Shown: piece by piece, positions 47,361-57,571 of the stretch
Position numbering within the stretch: position 1 is the first letter of the stretch
Layout: each line of letters starts with the position of its first letter
NCBI GenBank assembly: GCA_018001225.1
Contig: JAGNIJ010000017.1
Span: 10,688-74,687 of the forward strand
Reading direction: 5' to 3'
Source: Kiritimatiellia bacterium
GTDB taxonomy: Bacteria > Verrucomicrobiota > Kiritimatiellia > CAIQIC01 > JAGNIJ01
Length of the DNA: 64,000 nucleotides
Notes under the pieces: generated by a model
Told to the model about the DNA's origin: nothing
The model's input: only the letters and a program-made list of their open reading frames with translations
Database searches by the model: none
Position numbers and translations under genes: made by a program

Positions 47361-48266
47361 ATGTCCAATCCCGTACTTTTGCTGGTGGACGGCCTGGCCG
47401 CGGTCTACCGTGCCTTCCACGCCATTCCGGAGCTCACCGCCCGGGACGGGCGCCCGACCAATGCCCTCTTCGGTTTCATCCGGATGCAGCAGCAACTGGA
47501 GCAGCGGTGGGCGCCCACCCATGTCCTCGTCGCCTTCGACGGCGGCTTGCCGGAAGAGCGCATGGCGCGGCTCCCGACCTACAAGGCCCAGCGCCCGCCG
47601 ATGCCGGAGCCGCTGCACCGTCAACTGGCGTTCATAGAGGACTATCTCGACGCGGCCCGGCGCGCCTGCCTGCGGCTTCCGGGGCAGGAGGCGGACGACG
47701 TCATCGCCACGGTGTCCGGGCGGGCGGTGGAGCGCGGCATGGAGGTGCTGATCGCGACGGGCGACAAGGATATGTACCAGTTGCTCGACGACCGAGTGGG
47801 GATGGTGCCGCTTTCCCGGTCCGAGGAGCGGATGGGGCCCGCCCAGGTGGTGGAGAAGACCGGCGTGCCGCCTGCCCTGGTGGTCGACTGGCTGGCCCTG
47901 ACCGGCGACAGCGTGGACAACATCCCCGGCGTGCCGGGGGTGGGGCCGAAAACGGCCGCGAAGTGGCTCCAGCAGTTCGGCTCGCTGGACCGGTTGCTGG
48001 CCTGCCGGAATGAAATCGGGAACCCGCGCTTCCGGGCCGCCCTGGAGGAGGGGAGCGAGACGCTGGCCCGCAACCGCGAGTTGATGCGGCTGCGCCGCGA
48101 CCTGCCCATTGCGCCGGAGTGGGAGGCGTGGAAGGCGGCGCCCCCGGACCCGGCCGTCCTGCTGCGCTTCTTCGAGAAAATGGACCTGGAATCCCTGGCG
48201 CGGCCCCTGCGTCCCGCCGCGCCGGCCGCCGGGCAGCAGGGGCTGCTCGATTTCGGGGCCGGGTGA
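47361..48266 (+). CDS. 5'-3' exonuclease / flap endonuclease (Pol I N-terminal domain homolog)
   Basis: LLLVDGLAAVYRAFHA..., the GQEADDVIATV acidic cluster, IATGDKDMYQLL, and the helix-hairpin-helix region LTGDSVDNIPGVPGVGPKTAAKWL. Confidence 0.8.
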   Translation: MSNPVLLLVDGLAAVYRAFHAIPELTARDGRPTNALFGFIRMQQQLEQRWAPTHVLVAFDGGLPEERMARLPTYKAQRPPMPEPLHRQLAFIEDYLDAARRACLRLPGQEADDVIATVSGRAVERGMEVLIATGDKDMYQLLDDRVGMVPLSRSEERMGPAQVVEKTGVPPALVVDWLALTGDSVDNIPGVPGVGPKTAAKWLQQFGSLDRLLACRNEIGNPRFRAALEEGSETLARNRELMRLRRDLPIAPEWEAWKAAPPDPAVLLRFFEKMDLESLARPLRPAAPAAGQQGLLDFGAG

Positions 48267-48273
48267 TCGCCGG

Positions 48274-50286
48274 ATGAAACGGGGGCGGACCATCCTGGTG
48301 TGCCTGGCGCTGCTGGCGGTGTATACCGGCGGCCTCGGCATCCGGCGGGCGGTGTTCGACGCGCAGGTCCAAGCCCTGGGCGAGGCCCCGCGCTTCACGC
48401 TCGAGAGCGCCCTGTACTTCCGGCGCGTCGGGCAGGTCTTCCGCGACGGGCGCCTGCCGGCGCGGGACGCGGACCTGCAGTATCCCGAGGGCGTGGCGAC
48501 GGCCGCGACGGACACCGTGGGCTCGGAATACGTCTACGCGGCCCTGGCCCGGCTTTTCCCTTCGTCCCTGCCGCTGGCGGACCGGTTGCGCTGGATCGAG
48601 ACGGGCTGGTTCTGTCTGGGTGCGGTCTGGATGGCCCTCTGGATTCGCTGGCGCGCCGGCTCGTGGACCGGCGGCCTGGTCGCGGCCGGGTTCTATGCCG
48701 TGTCGCTCTCCAGCGTCATCCGCTCCACCGGCCAGGAGTTGCTGCACGAGAATTTCGCGCTGCCGTGGCTGATCGCCCACTTGGCCTTCGAGGCGCTGGC
48801 CTCGCGGGCCGGCACCCGCGCCGTCCGCTGGGCCGCCATCGTCCTGTCCGCCCTCGGCCTGGCTCTGGCCCTGGTGTCGTGGGACCTGGTGCAGTTCTAC
48901 GTCCTTTTCTGGATGCTGGCCTCCGCGTTCCGCCTGCTCGGCGGCCGCCACGGCCCGGCGGGCCGCTGGGCCTGGGTGCAATGGGCCGTCGCCTATGCCG
49001 CGCTGGCGCTGGCCGGAGGATTGAATCCCTACCTCCGTGCCCACGGATTCCTGCAGTCTCCGGCCATGCTCCTCGGCCTGGGCCTTCTCCTCGCCGGCGT
49101 TTTCCGCCCGGCCTCCCTCCCGCCGCGTTCCGCCGCGTGCGCGACCGCGGGTCTGCTCGTGGCGCCGGTCGTCCTTGGCCTTCTCCTCGCGGGAACCTAC
49201 CGCTCTTCGTACGGCCATTTCATGGACCTGCTCGCGGCGAAGCTGATCTACCTGAACCGCAAGCCGGCGGACCCGGCCTGGTTGAGCTTCGACGCCCGCA
49301 TCCTCTGGGTGCCCGGGTTGAATTCCGCCTCCTGGCCCCTGGCCCGCGAGCTTTTTCCGATCATGCTGCCCTTGACTTTTCTGTCCGGCGCGGTACTCTT
49401 ACTGAAGAAAGCATTTCGTCGGGATTCCAGTCTGGCTCGTCACGTTTTTTTCATTTCAATTTCATCGGCCGCGTTCGTATTTTTTGCCCGCTTCCACGTG
49501 TGGGTGGCCGTATGGGCGGCCGGGTGGCTGGGCCTCGCGGCGGCCTCCCTGCTGGAAGGACGCCGCGCGGCCCGGGGGCTGGTGATCCTGTGGCTCGCCG
49601 CGATGGGCGCCGAGGCGGCGCACACTCTGGAAAGGCCCGAACGCTGGGGCCGCGGCGGGGTCTATTACAAGGAAATGGGGGAATTGACGGAATGGCTGGG
49701 ACGGCACGCGCGGCCCGAGCCGGTCCTGGCCAATTTCGGAATCAGCGCCTCGGTCCTCGCGTACGCGGAGTGCCCGGTGCTCCTGCATCCGAAGTTCGAG
49801 TCGGAAGCGGCCCGCGAGCGGGTGCGGCTGTACGGGGAAAAGCTGTTCCTGGGCACCGAGCGGGAATTGAGGGACTGGGCGGACGGGCTGGGGGCCCGCT
49901 ACCTGGTCTACGGGCTCGGCGAATTCGCGTCCGTGGAGCCCGAGCGGCAGATGCGGTACCTCGTGAACGCCCTGAATCCCCCGGCGTACGCGGCGGCCCG
50001 ACGGCTCGAGCATGAGCCCGGGCAGTGCCGCTGGTTCCGGATGGTCTGGGAGAACAGGAAGTACCGCGTGTTCCGCATCCTGACCCGGGCCGACGAGGGC
50101 GCGGCGCGGCGGTACGGGATCGAGGCCCTGGAGGCGTTGCAGCAGGGGGCATTGGATCGGGCCGAGGCGCGGGCGACCTCCGCGCTGCTCCTGGACGCCC
50201 GCGAGGAAACGGCGCAAGAGGTGCTGCGGCATGTCGGATCGCTTCGGCAACAAGGGTTTCGCGCGGGCGGGGAAGCCGCCCCGTAA
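48274..50286 (+). CDS. Polytopic membrane protein with a large C-terminal soluble domain (GT-C-like, hypothetical)
   Basis: ATG at 48274. At least 12 hydrophobic helices, then a roughly 230-aa hydrophilic C-terminus. The architecture resembles the ORF at 6720-8360. Confidence 0.5.
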   Translation: MKRGRTILVCLALLAVYTGGLGIRRAVFDAQVQALGEAPRFTLESALYFRRVGQVFRDGRLPARDADLQYPEGVATAATDTVGSEYVYAALARLFPSSLPLADRLRWIETGWFCLGAVWMALWIRWRAGSWTGGLVAAGFYAVSLSSVIRSTGQELLHENFALPWLIAHLAFEALASRAGTRAVRWAAIVLSALGLALALVSWDLVQFYVLFWMLASAFRLLGGRHGPAGRWAWVQWAVAYAALALAGGLNPYLRAHGFLQSPAMLLGLGLLLAGVFRPASLPPRSAACATAGLLVAPVVLGLLLAGTYRSSYGHFMDLLAAKLIYLNRKPADPAWLSFDARILWVPGLNSASWPLARELFPIMLPLTFLSGAVLLLKKAFRRDSSLARHVFFISISSAAFVFFARFHVWVAVWAAGWLGLAAASLLEGRRAARGLVILWLAAMGAEAAHTLERPERWGRGGVYYKEMGELTEWLGRHARPEPVLANFGISASVLAYAECPVLLHPKFESEAARERVRLYGEKLFLGTERELRDWADGLGARYLVYGLGEFASVEPERQMRYLVNALNPPAYAAARRLEHEPGQCRWFRMVWENRKYRVFRILTRADEGAARRYGIEALEALQQGALDRAEARATSALLLDAREETAQEVLRHVGSLRQQGFRAGGEAAP

Positions 50287-50893
50287 GACGTCGGCCCCGC
50301 AAGTCATCGGGCTGACCGGCGGGCTGGCCTGCGGCAAGAGCGAGGTCGGCCGGATCCTCGCGCGCCTGGGCGCGGCCGTGCTCGACACGGACGAGGTCAC
50401 GCGCGAGCTGCAGCGGCCGGGCCGCCCGGTCTTCCGGGCGATCGCGCGCCGGTTCGGCCGGGGCGTGCTGACGCCGGAAGGAGAGCTGGATCGCCGGGCG
50501 CTGGCCCGGCGGGTGTTCGCGGACCCCCGGGCGCGGCGCGCGCTGGAGGCCCTCGTGCACCCGGCGGTGTACGCCGAGGTCGAGCGATGGATCCGCGCCC
50601 GCCGGCGGGAGCGCCGGGCGGCCGCGGTGATCGTCCCGCTCCTGTACGAGACGGGACGGACGAAGGATTGGGATGCCGTGTGGTGCGTGACCGCGCCGAA
50701 ACGGTCCGCGATGGCCCGCCTGAAGCGGCGCGGCCTGACGGCCGCGGAGGCGCAGGCGCGCTGGGCGGCCCAGTGGCCGCCGTCGGAAAAGGCGCGCCGC
50801 GCGGACGTGGTGATTCGAAACAACCGAAGCCTGGACGAACTCGAAAAAAAGGTCCGGGCCCTATGGAACAACAGGACGAGAGAGGAGCCGTAA
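50231..50893 (+). CDS. coaE: Dephospho-CoA kinase
   Basis: P-loop VIGLTGGLACGKSEV, then the CoaE pattern DTDEVTRELQRPGRPVFRAIARRFG...LVHPAVYAEV. A 20-aa N-terminal extension overlaps the upstream gene by 56 nt. Confidence 0.8.
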   Translation: MSDRFGNKGFARAGKPPRKTSAPQVIGLTGGLACGKSEVGRILARLGAAVLDTDEVTRELQRPGRPVFRAIARRFGRGVLTPEGELDRRALARRVFADPRARRALEALVHPAVYAEVERWIRARRRERRAAAVIVPLLYETGRTKDWDAVWCVTAPKRSAMARLKRRGLTAAEAQARWAAQWPPSEKARRADVVIRNNRSLDELEKKVRALWNNRTREEP

Positions 50894-50896
50894 GCC

Positions 50897-52366
50897 ATGC
50901 CTGAACCCCGAGGACGATACCGCAGGACCAGAACCCCGCACGCCGGCAGCAGCCATGCGCCCGTGTCCGAGCCGCCGCTGCGCCGGCAGCACGAGCCCGC
51001 GCCGCCGATGCCCCCGCCGCCGCCCGCGCCGCCGGTGGCGAACGGCAACGTGGCGGAACCGGCCGCCGCCGCGAACGGCGCGCCGCCCCCGCCGCCCGTC
51101 CAGGGCGCCGGCCGCACGCTGCACCTCTTCGACCTCCAGGTTCAGTCCGTCCCCGACCTGCTCAAGATGGCCGACAGCTATGGGCTCCAGGACCTCGGCG
51201 CCCTCCGCAAGCACGAGCTGATCTTCGAGATCCTCAAGGCCAACGGCCGCCTCAACGGCGCCATGTATGGCCGCGGCGTGCTGGAAATCCTGCCCGACGG
51301 CTTCGGCTTCCTGCGCTCGCCGAACTACAACTACCTGCCGTGTCCCGAGGACATCTACGTCTCGCCCTCCCAGATCCGCCGTTTCGCCCTGCGCACCGGC
51401 GACCTGGTGGACGGCGAGATCCGCGCCCCGAAGGACAAGGAGCGCTTCTTCGCGCTCCTCAAGGTCGACCGCATCAACGAGACCGACCCGGAAGCCCAGC
51501 GGCACAAGGTCCCGTTCGAGAACCTGACGCCGCTCTTCCCGGACCGGCGCTTTGTGCTCGAGACGACGAAGGAGGAGGTCTCCATGCGGGTCCTGGATCT
51601 GCTGACCCCGATCGGCATGGGCCAGCGCGGCCTCATCGTCGCGCCGCCCCGGACCGGCAAGACCGTCCTGCTCCAGAAGATCGCGAACAGCATCACGGCC
51701 AACAATCCCAAGGCCAAGCTCATCGTCCTGCTGATCGACGAGCGGCCCGAGGAAGTGACGGACATGGAACGCAACACGAAGGCCGAGGTGTTGAGCTCCA
51801 CGTTCGACGAGCCGCCCGAGCGGCACGTCCAGGTGGCCGAGATCGTCATCGAGATGGCCAAGCGCATGGTCGAGTGCGGCCGGGACGTGGTGATCCTGCT
51901 CGACAGCATCACCCGCCTCGCGCGCGCCTACAACACCCTGCAGCCGCACAGCGGGAAGATCCTCTCCGGTGGCGTGGACGCCAACGCCCTGCACAAGCCC
52001 AAGCGCTTCTTCGGCGCGGCCCGGAACATCGAGGGCGGCGGGAGCCTGACCATCGTGGCGACGGCCCTGGTGGACACGGGCAGCCGCATGGACGAGGTGA
52101 TCTTCGAGGAGTTCAAGGGCACCGGCAACATGGAGCTGGGCCTGGACCGGCACCTCGTGGACAAGCGCATCTTCCCGGCCATCAACATCGAGAAGTCCGG
52201 GACGCGCAAGGAGGAGCTCCTGCTGCACCCGGACGAGCTGCAGAAGATATGGCTCATGCGCAAGGCGCTCAACGGCGTCCCGCCCGTCGAGGCCATGGAG
52301 TTGCTGGTCAACCGCCTGAAGAAGACCGGCAGCAACGCGGAGTTCCTCCTGACCGTGCAGGGGTAG
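50897..52366 (+). CDS. rho: Transcription termination factor Rho with an N-terminal Pro-rich extension
   Basis: [41 protein letters not shown] (N-terminal helix bundle), an OB-fold, Walker [16 protein letters not shown], and the RecA-like core to ...EFLLTVQG. Roughly the first 80 aa are a Pro/Ala-rich insertion. Confidence 0.95.
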   Translation: MPEPRGRYRRTRTPHAGSSHAPVSEPPLRRQHEPAPPMPPPPPAPPVANGNVAEPAAAANGAPPPPPVQGAGRTLHLFDLQVQSVPDLLKMADSYGLQDLGALRKHELIFEILKANGRLNGAMYGRGVLEILPDGFGFLRSPNYNYLPCPEDIYVSPSQIRRFALRTGDLVDGEIRAPKDKERFFALLKVDRINETDPEAQRHKVPFENLTPLFPDRRFVLETTKEEVSMRVLDLLTPIGMGQRGLIVAPPRTGKTVLLQKIANSITANNPKAKLIVLLIDERPEEVTDMERNTKAEVLSSTFDEPPERHVQVAEIVIEMAKRMVECGRDVVILLDSITRLARAYNTLQPHSGKILSGGVDANALHKPKRFFGAARNIEGGGSLTIVATALVDTGSRMDEVIFEEFKGTGNMELGLDRHLVDKRIFPAINIEKSGTRKEELLLHPDELQKIWLMRKALNGVPPVEAMELLVNRLKKTGSNAEFLLTVQG

Positions 52367-52370
52367 CCGG

Positions 52371-54137
52371 ATGAGCTTCGCGGGGGAGAGCGCGCCGGGT
52401 GCGTGGAGCCGTCCTTCGGGCCGGCACCTGCCCGCGGCCGCGGCGGCCGTGCTCCTTTCGCTGGCGGCGCACTGGGCGGCCTGGGAGCGCGCCCCCGCGT
52501 TGCCCATCGGCACCCTGGCGCGCGTGCGGGACGAGGTGCGCTTCCCCTCCCTGCGGTTGAACGAGGTGCGGCCGACGCCGACGGAGCCGCTCCAGCGGCC
52601 CGCCCGGTTCCGGCCCGAGGATCCGGGCCGACAGGCCGACCTGGCCGCGGAGACCGCGGACTGGGCCGAGCAGGTCCGCGAGGCGCTGCCCCCGTCGCCG
52701 GATCTCTCCGGGGTCAAGCTGGCCGGCGAATCGGCCGCCCTGGCGGAACCCGCGGCGCCCCCGGCCCGGGAACGCTGGGAGCCCCGCCAGGAAATCCTCC
52801 AGGTCGAGGAACAGCTGTACGCCGAGGAGATCAGCGCCCTGCCGCGGCGCTATGCGCCCGCCGCGCCCCGGGTCGCGCGTGCGCCGGATATCGTCGCACC
52901 CGCGCCCGCGGAGTGGGCGGCCTCCGCCGCCGCCGACGCCGCGCCGGCTGCGGGATCCGGCGGGACCGGGGACTGGCTGCGCCAGCTCCCGGATCCGGCC
53001 CTGGCGCCGGCCGCGGATCTGCCGCCGGGTCCCGGCCTCCCGGCCGCCGTCACGGAGGAGTCCGCCTTGATGGACGAGAAGCTCCCCGAGGTGACGGAGC
53101 TCAAGCCGGTGGAGCGGATGCTCGCCATCGAGGTCCGGACCTTCCAGCCGCCGGACGAGCCGGAGTCCGGTTTCTTCGAGCTGCGCATCCGGCGCGAGGG
53201 GGAGACCCTGCTGCCCGTGCTGCCGAAGGACGTCCTGCTGATCCAGGACTGCTCCGAGAGCATGACCCAGGCCAAGCTCAACCATTGCAAGGAAGGACTG
53301 CAGCGGTGGGTCGCGCAGGTGGATCCGGCCGACCGGTTCGACCTGCTCTCCTTCCGCGATACCACCGAGCGCCTGTTCGGAACCTGGACGCCGCTCACGA
53401 CGGTCAACCGGTCCATCGCGGCCGGGTACATCGAGCGGCTCGTGGCGCGCGGGCGGACCGACGTGTACGCGTCGCTCGAGCAAGTCCTGGCGCTGGAGAA
53501 GGACGCCGCGCGGCCCGTCGTCGCGGTCCTCGTCACGGACGGGCGTCCGACGATGGGCATGGTGGACAGCTCGGACATCATCGAGGCCTTCACGCGGGCC
53601 AGCGCGGGCTCGGTGTCGATGTTCTGCGTGGGCGGAGGCGCCCGGGTGAACCGGTTCCTGCTGGACCTGCTGGGCTACAAGAACCGGGGCGATTCGCTCG
53701 TGGTCGAGGACAGCCGGAACATCCCCGACGCCGTGCAGGAGCTGGCGCGCCAGGTCAGCCGGCCCGTGCTGACCGACCTCTCGTACCGGTTTTCCGGCGT
53801 GCCCGAGGAGGACGTCTTTCCGCGGACCCTGACGCACCTGTACTTGGACCGCCCGCTTGTGATTTACGGCCGTTACCCCGCGGGCACCCCGCGCGTGGTG
53901 TTCCAGATCGTCGGGCAGGCCCGGGGGCAGCGGGCGGACCTGGTCTTCGAGTGGGACTGGACCCAAGTGCAGCCCGGGGACGAGTCCCTTCGCACCACAT
54001 GGGCCTGGCAGCGGATCTACCACCTCATCGGCGAACACGTCCGCGAACCGAGCCAGGAGACCTTGAACGCGATCCACGCCCTGGCCAACCGCTACGGCCT
54101 GATCGTCCCGTACGGCACGGACATTCCGACGCGCTGA
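52371..54137 (+). CDS. Membrane-anchored von Willebrand factor A (VWA) domain protein
   Basis: N-terminal [19 protein letters not shown], a Pro/Ala-rich region, then a VWA/MIDAS-like [10 protein letters not shown]...[10 protein letters not shown]...[11 protein letters not shown]. Confidence 0.65.
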   Translation: MSFAGESAPGAWSRPSGRHLPAAAAAVLLSLAAHWAAWERAPALPIGTLARVRDEVRFPSLRLNEVRPTPTEPLQRPARFRPEDPGRQADLAAETADWAEQVREALPPSPDLSGVKLAGESAALAEPAAPPARERWEPRQEILQVEEQLYAEEISALPRRYAPAAPRVARAPDIVAPAPAEWAASAAADAAPAAGSGGTGDWLRQLPDPALAPAADLPPGPGLPAAVTEESALMDEKLPEVTELKPVERMLAIEVRTFQPPDEPESGFFELRIRREGETLLPVLPKDVLLIQDCSESMTQAKLNHCKEGLQRWVAQVDPADRFDLLSFRDTTERLFGTWTPLTTVNRSIAAGYIERLVARGRTDVYASLEQVLALEKDAARPVVAVLVTDGRPTMGMVDSSDIIEAFTRASAGSVSMFCVGGGARVNRFLLDLLGYKNRGDSLVVEDSRNIPDAVQELARQVSRPVLTDLSYRFSGVPEEDVFPRTLTHLYLDRPLVIYGRYPAGTPRVVFQIVGQARGQRADLVFEWDWTQVQPGDESLRTTWAWQRIYHLIGEHVREPSQETLNAIHALANRYGLIVPYGTDIPTR

Positions 54138-54141
54138 CCCG

Positions 54142-54993
54142 TCAGCTCGTGAGGTCCGGCGACGCGCCCAGCACCGCGGCCTCGGCGTGTTCCTCCGGCA
54201 TGCGCTCCATGGCCAGCAGGTCGCCGCCGACGCTCGACGCGCCGCCGTCCACGTGGAGGACCTGGCCCGTGATCTTCCTGGCGTAGGGGCCCAGCAGGAA
54301 CAGGGCCGCGTGGGCGACCTCGGTCTTGTCCTCGATCGTGTCCCACGGCAGCGGGCTGACCTTGCGCCAGATGCGCGCGAGGTAGGCGAAGTGCGGGATC
54401 GCCTTCGCCGCCTTCGTGGTCAGCGGGCCGGCGGAGATGGCGTTGACGCGGATCAGGTCGCGCCCGTGCCGGCGGGCCAGCCCGCGCACGACGGCCTCGA
54501 GCGCCGCCTTGTTCACGCCCATCCAGTTGTAATAGGGGAAGGCCAGCCGCGACTCGAAGGTCATGGCCACGATCGAGCCGCCGTCGGGCATGTGCGGGTG
54601 CGCGTGGCGCGCCACGGTGGCGAGCGAGACGCAGCTGATGTGGAACGCGGTCTTCAGGTCGTCGTACGCAGCCGTGTGGAAGTCCGCGCCGAGGCAGGTC
54701 TTCGGGTTGGCGTAGGCGATGGAGTGGACCACGCCGGCAATCGGCCCGGTGCGTTCGAACAGCCCGGCGACCTGGCCGTCGTCCAGCACGTCGCAGAACT
54801 CGAAGCGCAGCGCGCTCTTCTCCGCTTCCGGCAGCTTGTCGCTGCGGTCGAGGAAGATCTTTTTCAGCCGCTCGTTCTGCACGGTGTAGATGACCTTCCC
54901 GCCCCAGCGTTCGATCCCCTTGCCGATGGCGTAGGCAATGGAGTCCGCGTCCAGCAGTCCCATCACGACGTAAGTGGCGCCCGGTTGAATCAT
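54142..54993 (-). CDS. fabI: Enoyl-[acyl-carrier-protein] reductase (NADH)
   Basis: GGAGGA RBS. ATYVVMGLLDADSIAYAIGKG is the FabI N-terminal Rossmann pattern. The catalytic Tyr/Lys region is HSIAYANP...SRLAFPYYNWMGVNKAALEA. Confidence 0.85.
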   Translation of the reverse strand: MIQPGATYVVMGLLDADSIAYAIGKGIERWGGKVIYTVQNERLKKIFLDRSDKLPEAEKSALRFEFCDVLDDGQVAGLFERTGPIAGVVHSIAYANPKTCLGADFHTAAYDDLKTAFHISCVSLATVARHAHPHMPDGGSIVAMTFESRLAFPYYNWMGVNKAALEAVVRGLARRHGRDLIRVNAISAGPLTTKAAKAIPHFAYLARIWRKVSPLPWDTIEDKTEVAHAALFLLGPYARKITGQVLHVDGGASSVGGDLLAMERMPEEHAEAAVLGASPDLTS

Positions 54994-55123
54994 GGCTAGT
55001 TCCTCCGCTTGCTCCAAAGGAAGCATAACCTACCGCACTTGGCGGAAAAAGCAAAAGGCCACCGCGCGGTTGATTCCGGCGGCGTCCCGGGTCCATAATA
55101 CAAGCTCATTTGGAGGAGGGGGC

Positions 55124-55426
55124 ATGGCGGACAGGAAACCGGCGGGCATCAAGAGCGCATACGAACTGGCCCTGGAGCGGATGGCGGGGCGGGGGGAGAC
55201 CCCGTCTGCGCTCACTCCGGAGCAGAAGAAGGCCCTGGCCGAGGTCGACGCGCAGGTCCGCGCCAAGGTGGCCGAGGTGGAGATCCTGATGGACGGCCAG
55301 ATCGCCGAGGCCCTGGCCCGGCCGGACCCCGAGGAGGCGCGGAAGCTGGCGGAGCAGCGGCAGGCCGAGATCCGGCGCCTCCGCGAACGCGGCGAACGGG
55401 ACAAGGACGCGATCCGGCGGGGATGA
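55124..55426 (+). CDS. Small Ala/Glu/Arg-rich coiled-coil protein (hypothetical)
   Basis: GGAGGAGG RBS 5 nt upstream. A 101-aa helical product. No homolog was recognised by eye. Confidence 0.35.
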   Translation: MADRKPAGIKSAYELALERMAGRGETPSALTPEQKKALAEVDAQVRAKVAEVEILMDGQIAEALARPDPEEARKLAEQRQAEIRRLRERGERDKDAIRRG

Positions 55427-55462
55427 GGGGCTCATCTTCCCTTTGCGCATCGTTGCATTTTG

Positions 55463-55490
55463 CGGCGGACCTTCTAGTATTCGCCGCGGG
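55463..55490 (+). promoter_or_regulatory. Candidate speA promoter: TTGCAT, 16-nt spacer, TAGTAT
   Basis: -35 at 55463-55468 and -10 at 55485-55490, 42 nt upstream of the speA ATG. Confidence 0.3.
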
Positions 55491-55531
55491 GCGGGCTGGG
55501 CCCGCGGGGAACGACAACAGGAGAATGCGGA

Positions 55532-57448
55532 ATGAAGCCGGATGCGCTCACGCGCTGGACGTCCGAGGATTCGGCGGAGCTGTACGGGGTGCGGAACTGG
55601 GGGGCCGGGTACTTCGACATCGCCGAGAACGGCGAGGTGATCGTGCGCCCGCGCGGCCGGGGCGGCGAGGTCAGCATCAGCCTGATGGAGATCGTCTCGG
55701 GCCTGAAGGCCCGCGGGCTGGGCATGCCGGTGCTCCTGCGGTTCGGGGACATCCTGGCGTCCCGCGTCGCCCAGATCAACGCCAGCTTCGCCAAGGCGAT
55801 GGCGGATGCCGGGTACGGCGGCGGGTACCGCGGCGTGTACCCGATCAAGGTCAACCAGCAGCAGCAGGTGGTCGAGGACGTGGTCGCGTTCGGCCGCCCC
55901 TTCCACCACGGGCTCGAGGCCGGCAGCAAGGCGGAACTGATCGCGGCGCTGGCCTACATGAGCGATCCCGAAGCGTTCATCGTCTGCAACGGCTACAAGG
56001 ACGAGGAGTTCGTCGAGCTGGCCCTGCACGCGCTGAAGATGGGCCTCCAGACCATGATCGTCCTCGAGATGGCCAGCGAGCTGCCCCTGGTCCTGGAGCG
56101 GGCGCGGGCGATCGGCGTGCGGCCGCGGCTCGGCGTGCGCGTGAAGCTCGCGGCGCGCGGCGGCGGCCATTGGACGGATTCCGGCGGCGACCGGAGCATG
56201 TTCGGCCTCAACGCTTCGCAGATCATCGACGTCGTGGACCGGCTGCGGACCGAGAACGCGCTGGACTGCCTGCACATGCTGCACTACCACATCGGCTCGC
56301 AGATCCCGAACATCCGCAGCGTCCGGGCGGCCGCCTCGGAGGCTTGCCGGTTCTACGTGGACCTGGTGAAGGAAGGCGCGAAGATGGGCGTGCTGAACGT
56401 CGGCGGCGGCCTGGCGGTCGACTACGACGGATCCCACACGAACTTCTCGAGCAGCAGCAACTACGCGATGGACGAGTACGCGGCGGACATCGTGGAGGTG
56501 GTCATGAAGGCCTGCGACGCCGCGCAGGTGCAGCACCCCGTGCTTGTCAGCGAGTCCGGCCGGGCGACGGTGGCCCACCATTCCGTCCTGCTGTTCAACG
56601 TGCTGGAAGCCACGCGGTTCGAGAGCCACGGGCTGCCCGACGGGCTTCCGCCGGACGCCCCCGAGCCCCTGCGCCAGCTCATGGACGTCAGCGCCTCGCT
56701 CACGTCCAAGAACGTTCAGGAATGCTACCACGACGCCGTGTACTACCGGGACGAGACGCGCGCCCTGCACGAGGTCGGCTCGGTTTCCCTCCGCTACCGC
56801 GCGCTCGCGGAGCGCATCTTCTGGAGCATCGTCACGCGGATCGCCGCGGAGATCCGGGACCGCAAGTACGTGCCCGACGAGTTGAGCGGCCTCGAGGTCG
56901 CCATCGCGGACGTGTACTACGGGAACTTCAGCGTGTTCCAGTCGCTGCCCGACGTCTGGGCCATCGACCAGCTCTTTCCCGTCATGCCGGTGCACCGCCT
57001 CAAGGAGGCGCCGACCCGGCAGGCGACGATCTCGGACATCACCTGCGACTGCGACGGCAAGATCGACCGGTTCATCGACCTGCATGACGTGCGCCAGACG
57101 CTGCCGGCGCACGAGCTCAACGACACCGGCGAGTACTACATGGGCGTTTTCCTCATCGGTGCGTACCAGGAGACGCTCGGCGACCTGCACAACCTGCTGG
57201 GCGACACGAACGTGGTCAACCTTCGCATCGGCGACGGCGGCGCGGTGGAGTACGCGCACGAGATCGCGGGCGACACGGTGGCCGACGTGCTCTCGTACGT
57301 CGAGTACAACCCGCAGGAGATGCTCGACCGCGTGCGGAAGAATGCCGAGCAGGCCGTCCGGTCCGGCCGCATCACGGTGGAGGAGCGGCGCCAGTTGGTG
57401 GAAGCCTACGAGACCGGGCTGCGCGGGTACACGTATTTCGAGAAGTAA
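55532..57448 (+). CDS. speA: Biosynthetic arginine decarboxylase
   Basis: 638 aa with the SpeA-specific N-terminus WTSEDSAELYGVRNWGAGYFDI. The PLP-binding region is YPIKVNQQQQVVEDVV. The C-terminal region includes CDCDGKIDRFID. Confidence 0.95.
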   Translation: MKPDALTRWTSEDSAELYGVRNWGAGYFDIAENGEVIVRPRGRGGEVSISLMEIVSGLKARGLGMPVLLRFGDILASRVAQINASFAKAMADAGYGGGYRGVYPIKVNQQQQVVEDVVAFGRPFHHGLEAGSKAELIAALAYMSDPEAFIVCNGYKDEEFVELALHALKMGLQTMIVLEMASELPLVLERARAIGVRPRLGVRVKLAARGGGHWTDSGGDRSMFGLNASQIIDVVDRLRTENALDCLHMLHYHIGSQIPNIRSVRAAASEACRFYVDLVKEGAKMGVLNVGGGLAVDYDGSHTNFSSSSNYAMDEYAADIVEVVMKACDAAQVQHPVLVSESGRATVAHHSVLLFNVLEATRFESHGLPDGLPPDAPEPLRQLMDVSASLTSKNVQECYHDAVYYRDETRALHEVGSVSLRYRALAERIFWSIVTRIAAEIRDRKYVPDELSGLEVAIADVYYGNFSVFQSLPDVWAIDQLFPVMPVHRLKEAPTRQATISDITCDCDGKIDRFIDLHDVRQTLPAHELNDTGEYYMGVFLIGAYQETLGDLHNLLGDTNVVNLRIGDGGAVEYAHEIAGDTVADVLSYVEYNPQEMLDRVRKNAEQAVRSGRITVEERRQLVEAYETGLRGYTYFEK

Positions 57449-57486
57449 TACCACGTGCGGGTGAGAGGCGATACGAACGGCGTCGC

Positions 57487-57533
57487 AGAGCTCCGCCCTC
57501 CAGTGGCAGGAATCATGGAGGGGCGAGCTCCTG
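57487..57533. terminator. Candidate bidirectional terminator hairpin between convergent genes
   Basis: GAGCTCCGCCCTCCA...TGGAGGGGCGAGCTC is a roughly 15-bp imperfect stem with a 13-nt loop. It sits between the speA stop (57448) and the minus-strand gene stop (57572). No strong U-tract. Confidence 0.3.
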
Positions 57534-57571
57534 CGAGCCCGAAATCTGCCCGCCTTCACCCGGATTCGGTG

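Noticed and set aside
43800-48515. 1571-aa minus-strand ORF opposite pilQ and the 5'-3' exonuclease
   Set aside because: Antisense to genes with strong RBS and domain evidence (secretin, HhH exonuclease). Its sequence is dominated by RGG/FF low complexity.
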